IMG/VR virus record: IMGVR_UViG_3300037485_000225
Location: 1-64,000 of that record
Source of the DNA: a virus
Reading direction: 5' to 3' (one strand)
DNA: 64,000 bases
Shown: positions 16,770 through 25,521 of the stretch, piece by piece
Numbering within the stretch: the stretch's first letter is position 1
Layout of the letters: every line of letters starts with the position of its first letter
Program-made: the position numbers and the translations under genes
Notes under the pieces: model-generated
Databases searched by the model: none
Seen by the model: the letters and a program-made list of their open reading frames with translations, nothing else
Told to the model about the DNA's origin: nothing

Positions 16770-19466
16770 ATGTCTTGTTTACCTGGAACTCCTTGTTACG
16801 ATGCCTATTATCATCCTAGTGAAAACTGTGGATGTGCTGAATGTCAAACTCTTTCAAGTAGAGTTACCTATGATGGACCCAATCTTCCATGTACAGGAGT
16901 ACATAATGGAGATAATTTAAATTGTGCCCTATCCAAAATAGATGATGCAATATGTTCTGGTTCTAGTGGTGGATCTGGTACATCTGGTACATCTGGTATT
17001 AACGGTTCTTCAGGAACCTCAGCTATATCAGGTACAAGTGGAACATCTGGTACTAATGGAACTAATGGAATTTCTGGAACAAGTGGAACATCTGGTACAT
17101 CTGGTATTAGTGGCAGTAATGGAACAACAGGTACTAGTGGAACTAGTGGTATAAACGGAACTAGTGGTACAAGAGGTACCTCTGGATCTTCTGGTACAAG
17201 TGCTATTAATGGAACAAGTGGAACTAGTGGTATAAATGGAACAAGTGGATCTAGTGGTAGTAGTGCAACAAGTGGTACTACAGGTACTAGCGGTACATCA
17301 GGTATTGATGGAACTAGTGGCATAGATGGAACTAGTGGCACAAGTGGTACTTCTGGAACTAGTGGAACTTCAGGTACAACAGGAACAAGTGGTACTTCAG
17401 GTACAACTGGTGTTGATGGAACTAGTGGAACTTCAGGTACAACAGGAACAAGTGGATCAAGTGGTACAACAGGAACAAGTGGATCAAGTGGTTCATCTAG
17501 TACTTCTGGAACAACTGGTACATCTGGTACTAGTGGTACAACTGGAACAAGTGGTACTTCAGGTACAACAGGTATAGATGGAACTAGTGGAACTAGTGGC
17601 TCTAGTGGGTCATCTAGTACAAGCGGTACTTCAGGAACTTCTGGTACAAGTGGAACATCTGCAAATGATGGCACCTCTGGAACATCAGGAACTAGTGGTA
17701 GCTCTGGAACTAGTGGCACATCTGCCACTTCAGGTACAACAGGTACAAGTGGTACTTCAGGTCTTACTGGAACATCTGGTTCTTCAGGATTAAACGGAGA
17801 TAGATATTATAGCATATCATCTACATCTATACTTATAGGAACTGGATCTAGAACATTAATTATTGGTACAGGATTAGCTTATAGTGTAGCACAAAGTGTT
17901 GTTATAGTTTATGACAGCCTTAATACAATGGAAGGAACTGTTACATCATATAATGCTCTATCAGGACACATGATTGTAAACATAGTTTCATTTACTGGTT
18001 CTGGTACACAATCATCTTGGGAAATAAATTTACTTGGAGCTTCTGGTGGTGATGGTACATCTGGCACTAGTGGAACAACAGGTACTTCTGGAACAACAGG
18101 AACCTCTGGTTCTTCTGGTACAACAGGAACATCAGGTAGTTCAGGTACAACAGGTACAAGTGGAACATCTGGAACTTCAGGTACAAGTGCTATTAATGGA
18201 ACAAGTGGTACATCTGGTACATCTGGTACAAATGGTACAGGTGGAACATCTGGTACTAGTGGTACAGTAGGTACAAGTGGTACAGCTGGTTCTAGTGGAA
18301 CAACAGGAACAAGTGGAACAACAGGTACTTCAGGTACAAGTGGAGCTAATGGAACTAGTGGCACAACAGGTACAAGCGGAACTAGTGGAACTAGTGGTAC
18401 AAGTGGTGTTAATGGTGGAACAGGTACAAGTGGAACTAGTGGTACAAGTGCTATTAATGGAACTAGTGGTACAAGTGCTATTAATGGAACCAGTGGAACC
18501 AGTGGAACCAGTGGAACCAGTGGAACCAGTGGAACCAGTGGAACTAGTGGTACAAGTGGTACAAGTGGTGTCAATGGTGGAACAGGTACAAGTGGAACTA
18601 GTGGTACAAGTGGTGTCAATGGTGGAACAGGTACAAGTGGAACCAGTGGAACTAGTGGTGTCAATGGTTCACCTGGTGGAAGTGGAACCAGTGGAACTAG
18701 TGGTACAAGTGGTGTCAATGGTGGAAGTGGAACTAGTGGAACTAGTGGAACTAGTGGTGTCAATGGTTCACCTGGTGGAAGTGGAACCAGTGGAACTAGT
18801 GGAACTAGTGGTGTCAATGGTGGAAGTGGAACCAGTGGAACTAGTGGTACAAGTGGTGTCAATGGTGGAAGTGGAACTAGTGGAACCAGTGGAACTAGTG
18901 GTGTCAATGGTTCACCTGGTGGAAGTGGAACCAGTGGAACTAGTGGTACAAGTGGTGTCAATGGTGGAAGTGGAACTAGTGGAACTAGTGGAACTAGTGG
19001 TGTCAATGGTTCACCTGGTGGAAGTGGAACTAGTGGAACTAGTGGAACTAGTGGTGTCAACGGTTCACCTGGTGGAAGTGGAACTAGTGGAACTAGTGGT
19101 ACTTCAGGTACATCTCCTTCAGCAGCAGCTTATGTTCCATACACAGGAGCTACAGGAAATGTTGATATAGGATCTACTCATTCAATGACTGCAGGTTCTT
19201 TTTATGAAAGTTCAGATATAAGATTTAAAAATGTAATTGAAACAAATCCATCTATAGATTTACCATTAGATGTAATTAAGTTTACAAGAACAGATGATGA
19301 TAGTAACGCAATTAGATATGGTTATTCTGCACAACAAGTACAATCAGTGCTTCCAGATGCAGTCTCAGGTGATGAAAAATTATCTGTAAATTATATGGAT
19401 GTGCATACATTAAAAATTGCAGCTCTAGAAAAACGTATTGCTGAACTTGAAGCTAAATTAAAATAA
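16770..19466 (+). CDS. collagen-like (Gly-X-Y) tail fibre with C-terminal S74-type intramolecular chaperone/autoprotease domain
   Basis: Hundreds of G-T-S/G-x-y triplets, interrupted once by an ~85-aa globular domain (17800-18055). The C-terminus carries [10 protein letters not shown] ... [15 protein letters not shown], matching the Peptidase_S74/CIMCD hallmark SD.RLK.NI ... G.IAQEVQ.VLPE.V of endosialidase-type tailspikes. Confidence 0.85.
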   Translation: MSCLPGTPCYDAYYHPSENCGCAECQTLSSRVTYDGPNLPCTGVHNGDNLNCALSKIDDAICSGSSGGSGTSGTSGINGSSGTSAISGTSGTSGTNGTNGISGTSGTSGTSGISGSNGTTGTSGTSGINGTSGTRGTSGSSGTSAINGTSGTSGINGTSGSSGSSATSGTTGTSGTSGIDGTSGIDGTSGTSGTSGTSGTSGTTGTSGTSGTTGVDGTSGTSGTTGTSGSSGTTGTSGSSGSSSTSGTTGTSGTSGTTGTSGTSGTTGIDGTSGTSGSSGSSSTSGTSGTSGTSGTSANDGTSGTSGTSGSSGTSGTSATSGTTGTSGTSGLTGTSGSSGLNGDRYYSISSTSILIGTGSRTLIIGTGLAYSVAQSVVIVYDSLNTMEGTVTSYNALSGHMIVNIVSFTGSGTQSSWEINLLGASGGDGTSGTSGTTGTSGTTGTSGSSGTTGTSGSSGTTGTSGTSGTSGTSAINGTSGTSGTSGTNGTGGTSGTSGTVGTSGTAGSSGTTGTSGTTGTSGTSGANGTSGTTGTSGTSGTSGTSGVNGGTGTSGTSGTSAINGTSGTSAINGTSGTSGTSGTSGTSGTSGTSGTSGTSGVNGGTGTSGTSGTSGVNGGTGTSGTSGTSGVNGSPGGSGTSGTSGTSGVNGGSGTSGTSGTSGVNGSPGGSGTSGTSGTSGVNGGSGTSGTSGTSGVNGGSGTSGTSGTSGVNGSPGGSGTSGTSGTSGVNGGSGTSGTSGTSGVNGSPGGSGTSGTSGTSGVNGSPGGSGTSGTSGTSGTSPSAAAYVPYTGATGNVDIGSTHSMTAGSFYESSDIRFKNVIETNPSIDLPLDVIKFTRTDDDSNAIRYGYSAQQVQSVLPDAVSGDEKLSVNYMDVHTLKIAALEKRIAELEAKLK
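18400..19100 (+). repeat. in-frame tandem repeat array (39-57-nt units encoding [13 protein letters not shown]-(G/S-P)-G-(T/G-S)) inside the fibre gene
   Basis: About 12 near-identical units (ggtgtcaatggtggaagtggaactagtggaactagtggaactagt and variants) seen directly. Length is a multiple of 3 and the array lies within the collagen frame. Confidence 0.75.
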
Positions 19467-21346
19467 TGAAAGCTAATAATTATTTAATAACAGTTACTGA
19501 ATTAAAAACAATGGGGTATATTCCAGTAGAAAGTATACCTCCTGATAGTAACTTAATTGTATCTAAAGCTACTGCTAATACTTTTTATTATATACCTTAT
19601 GCAGAGCCTTGGAATAGTCTTACTAATGATAGATGTCCTAAATATCAAGACTTTCCAATTTCTTGTTATTCTTATGCTACAGTTGCAAATACACTAGAAG
19701 GTAATCCAGATCCTGTTTTTATATCATATCAAGATTGTTCTGGTAACTTTATTTATAGTAGTGTTCCTTTTGGACAAGCATTGATAATAAATCAATGTTA
19801 TTATGTTTCAGGAGATTCTGGACCAATGACTGGATGTGGTATTTTAGCTAACAGTATATATGCTCCTGGTTGTGAAATAACTTATTCTACTAGATGTGAT
19901 ATTCCTACATCAGAATGTACTACTACTACTTCTACAACTAGTACAACTACTACATTACCTCCTGTTGATTGTTATGTTGTACAAGGATATGTTGATGGTG
20001 CTGATTTAAACCATTCATATAACTTTGAAGTTTGTTTTGATTGGTATGATTGTGAGGGAAGTTCATTTCCATATAGTTATTGTACAAGTAGTGAAGGTGG
20101 ATTTACACTTCCTAGTAATTGTTATAATCCAACATCAATATACGGTGCTCCTTTTGCTTATATTTATGAATATCCAGGTGGTCCAAAAGTTGCAGCTGAT
20201 TATTCTTATATAGATGGATATACTCCTTGTAGTGGAACAACAACAACCACAACTACACAACCTCCTGGTTGTGTTGTGCCAAATTTACCAGTGACTCTTT
20301 ATTCTATAAATAGATATGTATATCCTAATTTATTTAGTAGACTTTATCCTTATAACTCAGCAGATGGAGGTAGATCTTGGACTATATTACCTTGTGTAAG
20401 TAGTTTACCTGATATTGATTTTCGTATGATTTCTACTAGTTATGATGGTACATATATATTATTAGCAGGAAAGTTTCCAACAACACAACTTGTTTCTAGA
20501 TATATGTATATATCTACTGATGGAGGAAATACAATAAGTGCAGGAAGAGATATTTACCAAGAACTTACAGGAACTCAAGGATATATTACAGCAGTTGCTG
20601 TTTCTGGAAATGGTCAATACATGGCTATGTTTGCTGGTAGCGGTGTAACGGGAGAGTCATTGTATAAGCTAATAGTTTCCTCAGACTATGGTGTTAATTG
20701 GAGTATAAGATATAGTGTTGCTAATGAAGGAGGAACAGCATATTCACCAAGAGGGATAGCTATATCTAACGATGGTCAATATATAACAGGATGTATATAT
20801 GGGACTGGACTATTTGCAGGCGAAACAAAATCTAAAAGAATTTATTCTTCAAATTATGGAACTTCTTTTACTCTTTCAGGAGGTACCAATCTACAAGACT
20901 TTTCAGATATAGCATTTTCATCTAGTGGACAATATCAAGTTATAGCATCACTAGTAGGTAACACTAATGGTAGAGTTCTTCTAAGTACAAACTATGGTGC
21001 TAATTGGACTGAGAAAGTTTTTATGGTAAATTATGAATTATCTGCAATTGCAATAACTGATAATGGAAGTAATATATTTGCATCAGGTTCTACTGGAGGC
21101 TATACTTTTTCAAAAGATTATGGATCTACTTTTGAAGCACATTATTTTCCACAAACATCAATTACTGGACTAACTATGTCAAATTCATTAATTGGATCTG
21201 ATACATTAGTAACTCTGTATATTGCTGCAGCTACTAATTATCCAGCTACTCAAATAGCTTATTTTAGTGATACAGGAGGTAGCTATTGGTGTGGAGCTTA
21301 TATAAATTCTTTAGTTAATTCTGCTCAATCAAGAGGAAATATATAA
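19466..21346 (+). CDS. tail protein with BNR/Asp-box beta-propeller (sialidase-like fold) and poly-Thr linkers
   Basis: Six Asp-box-like repeats S-x-D-x-G-x-(T/S)-(W/F/I): SADGGRSWT, STDGGNTIS, SSDYGVNWS, SSNYGTSFT, STNYGANWT, SKDYGSTFE. Poly-Thr linkers TTTSTTSTTTTLPP and SGTTTTTTTQPPG. Start overlaps the stop of 16770. Confidence 0.6.
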   Translation: MKANNYLITVTELKTMGYIPVESIPPDSNLIVSKATANTFYYIPYAEPWNSLTNDRCPKYQDFPISCYSYATVANTLEGNPDPVFISYQDCSGNFIYSSVPFGQALIINQCYYVSGDSGPMTGCGILANSIYAPGCEITYSTRCDIPTSECTTTTSTTSTTTTLPPVDCYVVQGYVDGADLNHSYNFEVCFDWYDCEGSSFPYSYCTSSEGGFTLPSNCYNPTSIYGAPFAYIYEYPGGPKVAADYSYIDGYTPCSGTTTTTTTQPPGCVVPNLPVTLYSINRYVYPNLFSRLYPYNSADGGRSWTILPCVSSLPDIDFRMISTSYDGTYILLAGKFPTTQLVSRYMYISTDGGNTISAGRDIYQELTGTQGYITAVAVSGNGQYMAMFAGSGVTGESLYKLIVSSDYGVNWSIRYSVANEGGTAYSPRGIAISNDGQYITGCIYGTGLFAGETKSKRIYSSNYGTSFTLSGGTNLQDFSDIAFSSSGQYQVIASLVGNTNGRVLLSTNYGANWTEKVFMVNYELSAIAITDNGSNIFASGSTGGYTFSKDYGSTFEAHYFPQTSITGLTMSNSLIGSDTLVTLYIAAATNYPATQIAYFSDTGGSYWCGAYINSLVNSAQSRGNI

Positions 21347-21369
21347 ATACATAAAAAACCAAATATAAA

Positions 21370-21894
21370 ATGACAGTAACAATAACATTAACAACAGCAG
21401 GATCTGACACAGGTCCCTTTGATCTTTATTCAGATGTAGATGGATTTACAACCCCATTTTTAACAGGAGTGGCTAAAAGTGTATTAGTGGCAGGGCTTAC
21501 TACATCACTGGTTCCTAATGACACTGTAGAGATATTAGTACAATCTACAGGAACTTGTGAAAGAGATCTTTATTTAACAGTTGAGGGAGCACCAACTACT
21601 ACCACAACAACAACTAGTTCTACAACAACAAGTACAACAAGTACAACAACAACACCATATCCAGGTATATATTATTATTACAATATTCAAAGATATGATT
21701 GTACACAAGATTGTGCAGAAGGAACAACTGCTATAGGAAGAGCTACAAATGCATTAGACCTTGATTATTTCTATCATCCACCTTTAAGCACTGACGTCTA
21801 TAAGATATTAAGTGCTACAACAGGAGATTATTATAATGTTGATCTATATGGTTCACCAAGTAGAGCAACATGCTCTGAGGCTTGTAGTGCATAA
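21370..21894 (+). CDS. small protein with a TGPFD N-domain (paralogous to the N-terminus of 30577), a poly-Thr linker and a Cys-containing C-domain
   Basis: N-terminus TVTITLTTAGSDTGPFDLYSDVDG...VEILVQSTGTCERDLYL compares with VVIRLTCAGNRTGPFDISDNLDN...IIIESVGKCNTRIDV in the 30577 ORF. Linker TTTTTTTSSTTTSTTSTTTT. Confidence 0.5.
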   Translation: MTVTITLTTAGSDTGPFDLYSDVDGFTTPFLTGVAKSVLVAGLTTSLVPNDTVEILVQSTGTCERDLYLTVEGAPTTTTTTTSSTTTSTTSTTTTPYPGIYYYYNIQRYDCTQDCAEGTTAIGRATNALDLDYFYHPPLSTDVYKILSATTGDYYNVDLYGSPSRATCSEACSA

Positions 21895-21904
21895 GAGATA
21901 TTAA

Positions 21905-21965
21905 AAACCCTGTTTGTTGGTTTACAGGGAGTCCCCTGGGGTTTCTACCCTGGGGGTTTTTGTTT
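21905..21965 (+). terminator. tandem hairpins ending in a rho-independent terminator
   Basis: CCCTG...CAGGG (21908-21929). CCCCTGGGG-tttcta-CCCTGGGG (21933-21955) followed by GTTTTTGTTT. Confidence 0.6.
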
Positions 21966-22074
21966 AAACTCTAACTAGATTGATTAATCTATATAATCAA
22001 ATTAGTTAATTAAATTTGGTGAATATCAAAAATATTCCCTATCTTTACACTAATTTTAACTAAATTTAACTTAT

Positions 22075-23325
22075 ATGTCTGAAAACCAATCTCTTTTAGA
22101 ACAGCTTGAGCAAATGTTGCATTGGAAAAAATCAAAAACATACTATGCTGCAAAGCTAGGAGTTACAGAGTCTGAGGTTGATGACTTGCTTGTAGATTTA
22201 AGAAATCGAGAAAAGGTTGAAGATGATGCAGAGATTGGAAACTATATATCTGAGTTAGAGAATACAGTGGTTAAGTTCACTGAAGATATGGTAAAGGGTA
22301 CAGGAGAGATTGTAGTTAATGTTAAAGAAGAAATTAGAAGTCTAGAGGATCTTATAGAGAAGTGTAAAATAGACACAACAAAGTGGGATATAACTAAATA
22401 TGTACAGAATTTCTGGGGTAATGAAGATAATCCTCGATGGCAAGTAAAAGCCTGGTTAGGAAAAAAGTCTACAGAGCAAGTCTTCCAAGACTATTTTGTA
22501 GACTTTTTAGCTTCATATGAGCCTGTAAGTCAAACAGTTATGGGTCCTAAGTTTGTTCCAAGTAAGTCACATGCATGCTTAGTTATTAACAAACAAGACT
22601 CACATTTGAATAAGTTTGATGTAGATGGGAATAATGATATAGAAGATAGATTTGCTAGAATGATGTTTAAAACAGAGACTATTATAACTCAAGCTCAACT
22701 ATCTAACAATCTAGACCACATTGTTTATATCATTGGTTCTGATGAGTTTAATAGTGAACATACCAATAACACTACAAAAGGAACTCCTCAACAGAATATA
22801 CATACATATCATGAGGGATTCCTTAAGATATGTAACCATGAGATTCTTGTAATTACAATGTTATTACAATATGCTACAAATGTTAGTGTAGTGTATGTAG
22901 CAGGTAATCATGATGAATATGTAGGTTGGCATATGGTTAATTGGTTACAAACCTATTTTAGAAAAGAAGAAAGAGCTGATTTCAACATCAGCCCTAAATA
23001 TAGAAAATACATAGGATATGGTAATTCAGCATTGATGTTCAACCATGGAGATGCTATTAAGCCTGCAAAGCTTGCTGGTATATTCCCAATGGAGTTTAAG
23101 GACAATTGGTCTAGTTATGATAACTTCTATATATTCACAGGAGATAAACACCATGAGGTGAGTCACGATTTTAATGGTATTAAATTTTACCAAATTCCAG
23201 CATTCTCTAATGCTAAAAGTCTTTGGGATGATAAGAATGGTCACGTAATGTCTAAAGCAGAAGTGACAGCATTCTTGATAGATGAGAATGATGGAATGAC
23301 AAATATATTCAAACAGTATTTATAA
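22075..23325 (+). CDS. putative calcineurin-like metallophosphoesterase family protein
   Basis: VVYVAGNHDEY (GNHD, metallophosphatase motif III) with downstream FNHGD and GDKHH His-containing motifs. Motifs I and II are degenerate, so the call is tentative. Confidence 0.4.
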   Translation: MSENQSLLEQLEQMLHWKKSKTYYAAKLGVTESEVDDLLVDLRNREKVEDDAEIGNYISELENTVVKFTEDMVKGTGEIVVNVKEEIRSLEDLIEKCKIDTTKWDITKYVQNFWGNEDNPRWQVKAWLGKKSTEQVFQDYFVDFLASYEPVSQTVMGPKFVPSKSHACLVINKQDSHLNKFDVDGNNDIEDRFARMMFKTETIITQAQLSNNLDHIVYIIGSDEFNSEHTNNTTKGTPQQNIHTYHEGFLKICNHEILVITMLLQYATNVSVVYVAGNHDEYVGWHMVNWLQTYFRKEERADFNISPKYRKYIGYGNSALMFNHGDAIKPAKLAGIFPMEFKDNWSSYDNFYIFTGDKHHEVSHDFNGIKFYQIPAFSNAKSLWDDKNGHVMSKAEVTAFLIDENDGMTNIFKQYL

Positions 23326-24056
23326 TGGCAACATTAAGAAAATTAGTTTCAGATGTGCGTGGAATGCATAAGCTTATATCCACAGACAACCTTATCACTG
23401 ATAGGGTGATAGCTTCTGAGATTAAAAACAACACACAGTTATTAGTTAAGCGTGAAACAAATCTTAGAAAGCTTTGGGCCACAGACACTTTGTTTACTAC
23501 CATCCCTTGTTTAGAGATGATAGAAGTTCCTATTTCTGAATGTTGTGAATATGTTGATCCTTGTCAAGTTGCTAGAAGCAGATATAAACTTCCTCGTATA
23601 TCTGAAGGAAATTATCAATATGTTATTCAAGGTGTTTATTCTATAAATGCTATGGGTGGACAAGGAAGTAAGTTTAAAGAAATTACTATCAATAGATATT
23701 TGAATTTGTTAAAGCTTCCTATTATTAAGAAGCAACAATACTATTGGATAGCTAATGGAGGATATTTATATATTAATAATCCATTATTAAAAGCATCAAG
23801 AATATCTGCATTTTTTGAAGAAGAGGTTCCTAATGAAATCTTATATCCAGAATGTGGATGTGGTAATGTAGAATATCCAATTGAAGAATTATGTATGAAT
23901 CCTTTAGATAAAGAATATGGATGTCCAGGATATTTAGAGAAACAAGTGTTAGAACTTACTTCTCAAAAACTATTATCTACATATTTCAGTATTAAAACAG
24001 ATATGACATATGATGGTGTAGATGGACAAGCTCCAAATGCAAAACCTACAAATTAA
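23325..24056 (+). CDS. hypothetical protein (243 aa)
   Basis: ORF with ATGG overlap with the upstream gene; Cys pairs (CLE...CCEYVDPC). Confidence 0.45.
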   Translation: MATLRKLVSDVRGMHKLISTDNLITDRVIASEIKNNTQLLVKRETNLRKLWATDTLFTTIPCLEMIEVPISECCEYVDPCQVARSRYKLPRISEGNYQYVIQGVYSINAMGGQGSKFKEITINRYLNLLKLPIIKKQQYYWIANGGYLYINNPLLKASRISAFFEEEVPNEILYPECGCGNVEYPIEELCMNPLDKEYGCPGYLEKQVLELTSQKLLSTYFSIKTDMTYDGVDGQAPNAKPTN

Positions 24057-24535
24057 TGCCAAGAGTTCATATAGAGTGGCGAAGCTCTAGTAAAGATAAC
24101 TACAATAACTTTTGTAAAAAGAATCCAAACATTAAAATTACATTTAATGAGTGGAGAAATATTGTTTATCAATACAATGAATACTTTAAGAATTATATAT
24201 TAGAAACTGGAGAGAAAGCAAGACTTCCTTTTGGATTTGGTGAATTCTCTATTAATAAGAAGAAAAGAAAGAAGTTTAAGAATATTAAAGGAGAAGAGTA
24301 TATCAATCTTCCTGTTGATTGGCAAAAGAGTAAAGAGAAAGGAAAGCGTATATACAACTTCAATTACCATACAGAAGGTTATTTCTTTGGTTGGATGTGG
24401 TTTAAGGAGTCTGCTAGAATAAAGAACATAGATCTTTGGTACTTTAAACCTTCTCGAATTACATCAAGATTACTATCACATTACATAAAAACTGACGATA
24501 AATATCAACATATTTATTGTGAGTGGAAAAAATAA
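24056..24535 (+). CDS. hypothetical basic protein (159 aa)
   Basis: ORF rich in Lys, Trp and Tyr with a KKKRKKFK patch; possibly nucleic-acid binding. Confidence 0.4.
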   Translation: MPRVHIEWRSSSKDNYNNFCKKNPNIKITFNEWRNIVYQYNEYFKNYILETGEKARLPFGFGEFSINKKKRKKFKNIKGEEYINLPVDWQKSKEKGKRIYNFNYHTEGYFFGWMWFKESARIKNIDLWYFKPSRITSRLLSHYIKTDDKYQHIYCEWKK

Positions 24536-24541
24536 AACAAA

Positions 24542-25507
24542 ATGTCATACTATTACAAGTATAACTTTATCTCTCCTGAACCAGTTTATTCAACTGTTAA
24601 AGAAGAGTTAAAATCCTATTTTGATACAGGAGCAGTGGATGACCTGTTGTTCCCTACTTATTTAGACAAATGTTTAAAGAAGCTAGGTAGAACTACTTAT
24701 GTCATTGCTGAACAACCTTTATATATTGAAGACTTTCAAGCTAGACTTCCAGACAATTTTGTTGCTGTAAGAGAAGCTTGGATGTGTACAGCAATTCCTC
24801 AATATCCTTATCAATCGGCTAATTCATTTTACTCTCAAGCTGCTTCTCAAACAACTATTCAAGTGAGTCCTATTATTAGTGGAACAGTACCATGTACCAA
24901 TCCACAATGTACTACAGGATGTCCTACATGTATGCCTGAGCTTATTCAAGCTGTATATAAAACAAACAATTCAGTAGCCAGATCTTATCAACAACAATAT
25001 CTACTTAAACCAGGTAATATATCTGCAAGAGGTAATTGTGATGTAGAATATACTAATGCTTGGCAGTTTACAGAATATGCACCTCCTTTACATGAGTTCA
25101 CTCCAGGAGCTGCAGGATATGATTCATTTGATATTAGAGATAACAAATTTGTTACTAATTTTAGAAATGGTATAGTTCATTTGATATTTTATGTTACAGA
25201 GTATGATGCTATTGGAAATCAAATGATTCCCGATAACTATCGTATTAGAGAGTTTGTAGAAGCGTTTATTAAATACAAGGTATTTGAAACATTGTCTAAT
25301 CAGTTAACTGATGAAACATTCCAACAAATTAGTCAAAAGTTAGCTTATTATAAACAATTGCACGATGAAGCATTTATAATGGCTGATATTGAAATTAAAA
25401 AACAAACTCCTTGGGAAAAGCAAAGAAGAGTTAGAAATGACTTACAAAGATTTGCTAAATATGAATTACCAAATAGAAGTAATAGAAGTGGTTGGAGAAG
25501 AAATTAA
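24542..25507 (+). CDS. hypothetical structural protein (321 aa)
   Basis: ORF with AAAATAAAACAAAATG leader identical to that of 13398; Cys cluster CTNPQCTTGCPTC. Confidence 0.5.
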   Translation: MSYYYKYNFISPEPVYSTVKEELKSYFDTGAVDDLLFPTYLDKCLKKLGRTTYVIAEQPLYIEDFQARLPDNFVAVREAWMCTAIPQYPYQSANSFYSQAASQTTIQVSPIISGTVPCTNPQCTTGCPTCMPELIQAVYKTNNSVARSYQQQYLLKPGNISARGNCDVEYTNAWQFTEYAPPLHEFTPGAAGYDSFDIRDNKFVTNFRNGIVHLIFYVTEYDAIGNQMIPDNYRIREFVEAFIKYKVFETLSNQLTDETFQQISQKLAYYKQLHDEAFIMADIEIKKQTPWEKQRRVRNDLQRFAKYELPNRSNRSGWRRN

Positions 25508-25521
25508 TAAAAACTTATTAA

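Noticed and set aside
18400-19100. Possible CRISPR array, because of regular direct repeats
   Set aside because: The repeats are contiguous with no unique spacers, lie in-frame inside a collagen-like gene, and have the wrong unit size and organisation for CRISPR.
16868-19170. Long ORFs on the minus strand and in alternative plus frames across the collagen repeats: 16868-17728(-), 17909-19060(-), 16942-17154, 17326-17793, 18034-19170, encoding PLVPLVP... or LVQVVLQ... polypeptides
   Set aside because: These are automatic by-products of the (GGT ACA AGT)n-type codon periodicity. They have extreme low-complexity composition with no start or stop context, and the Gly-X-Y frame has a coherent N-terminal domain and a C-terminal S74 domain.
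16770-19466. Diversity-generating retroelement targeting the fibre genes
   Set aside because: No reverse-transcriptase ORF or template-repeat/variable-repeat pair with A-specific mismatches is visible in the window. The variability here looks like tandem-repeat or paralogue based.
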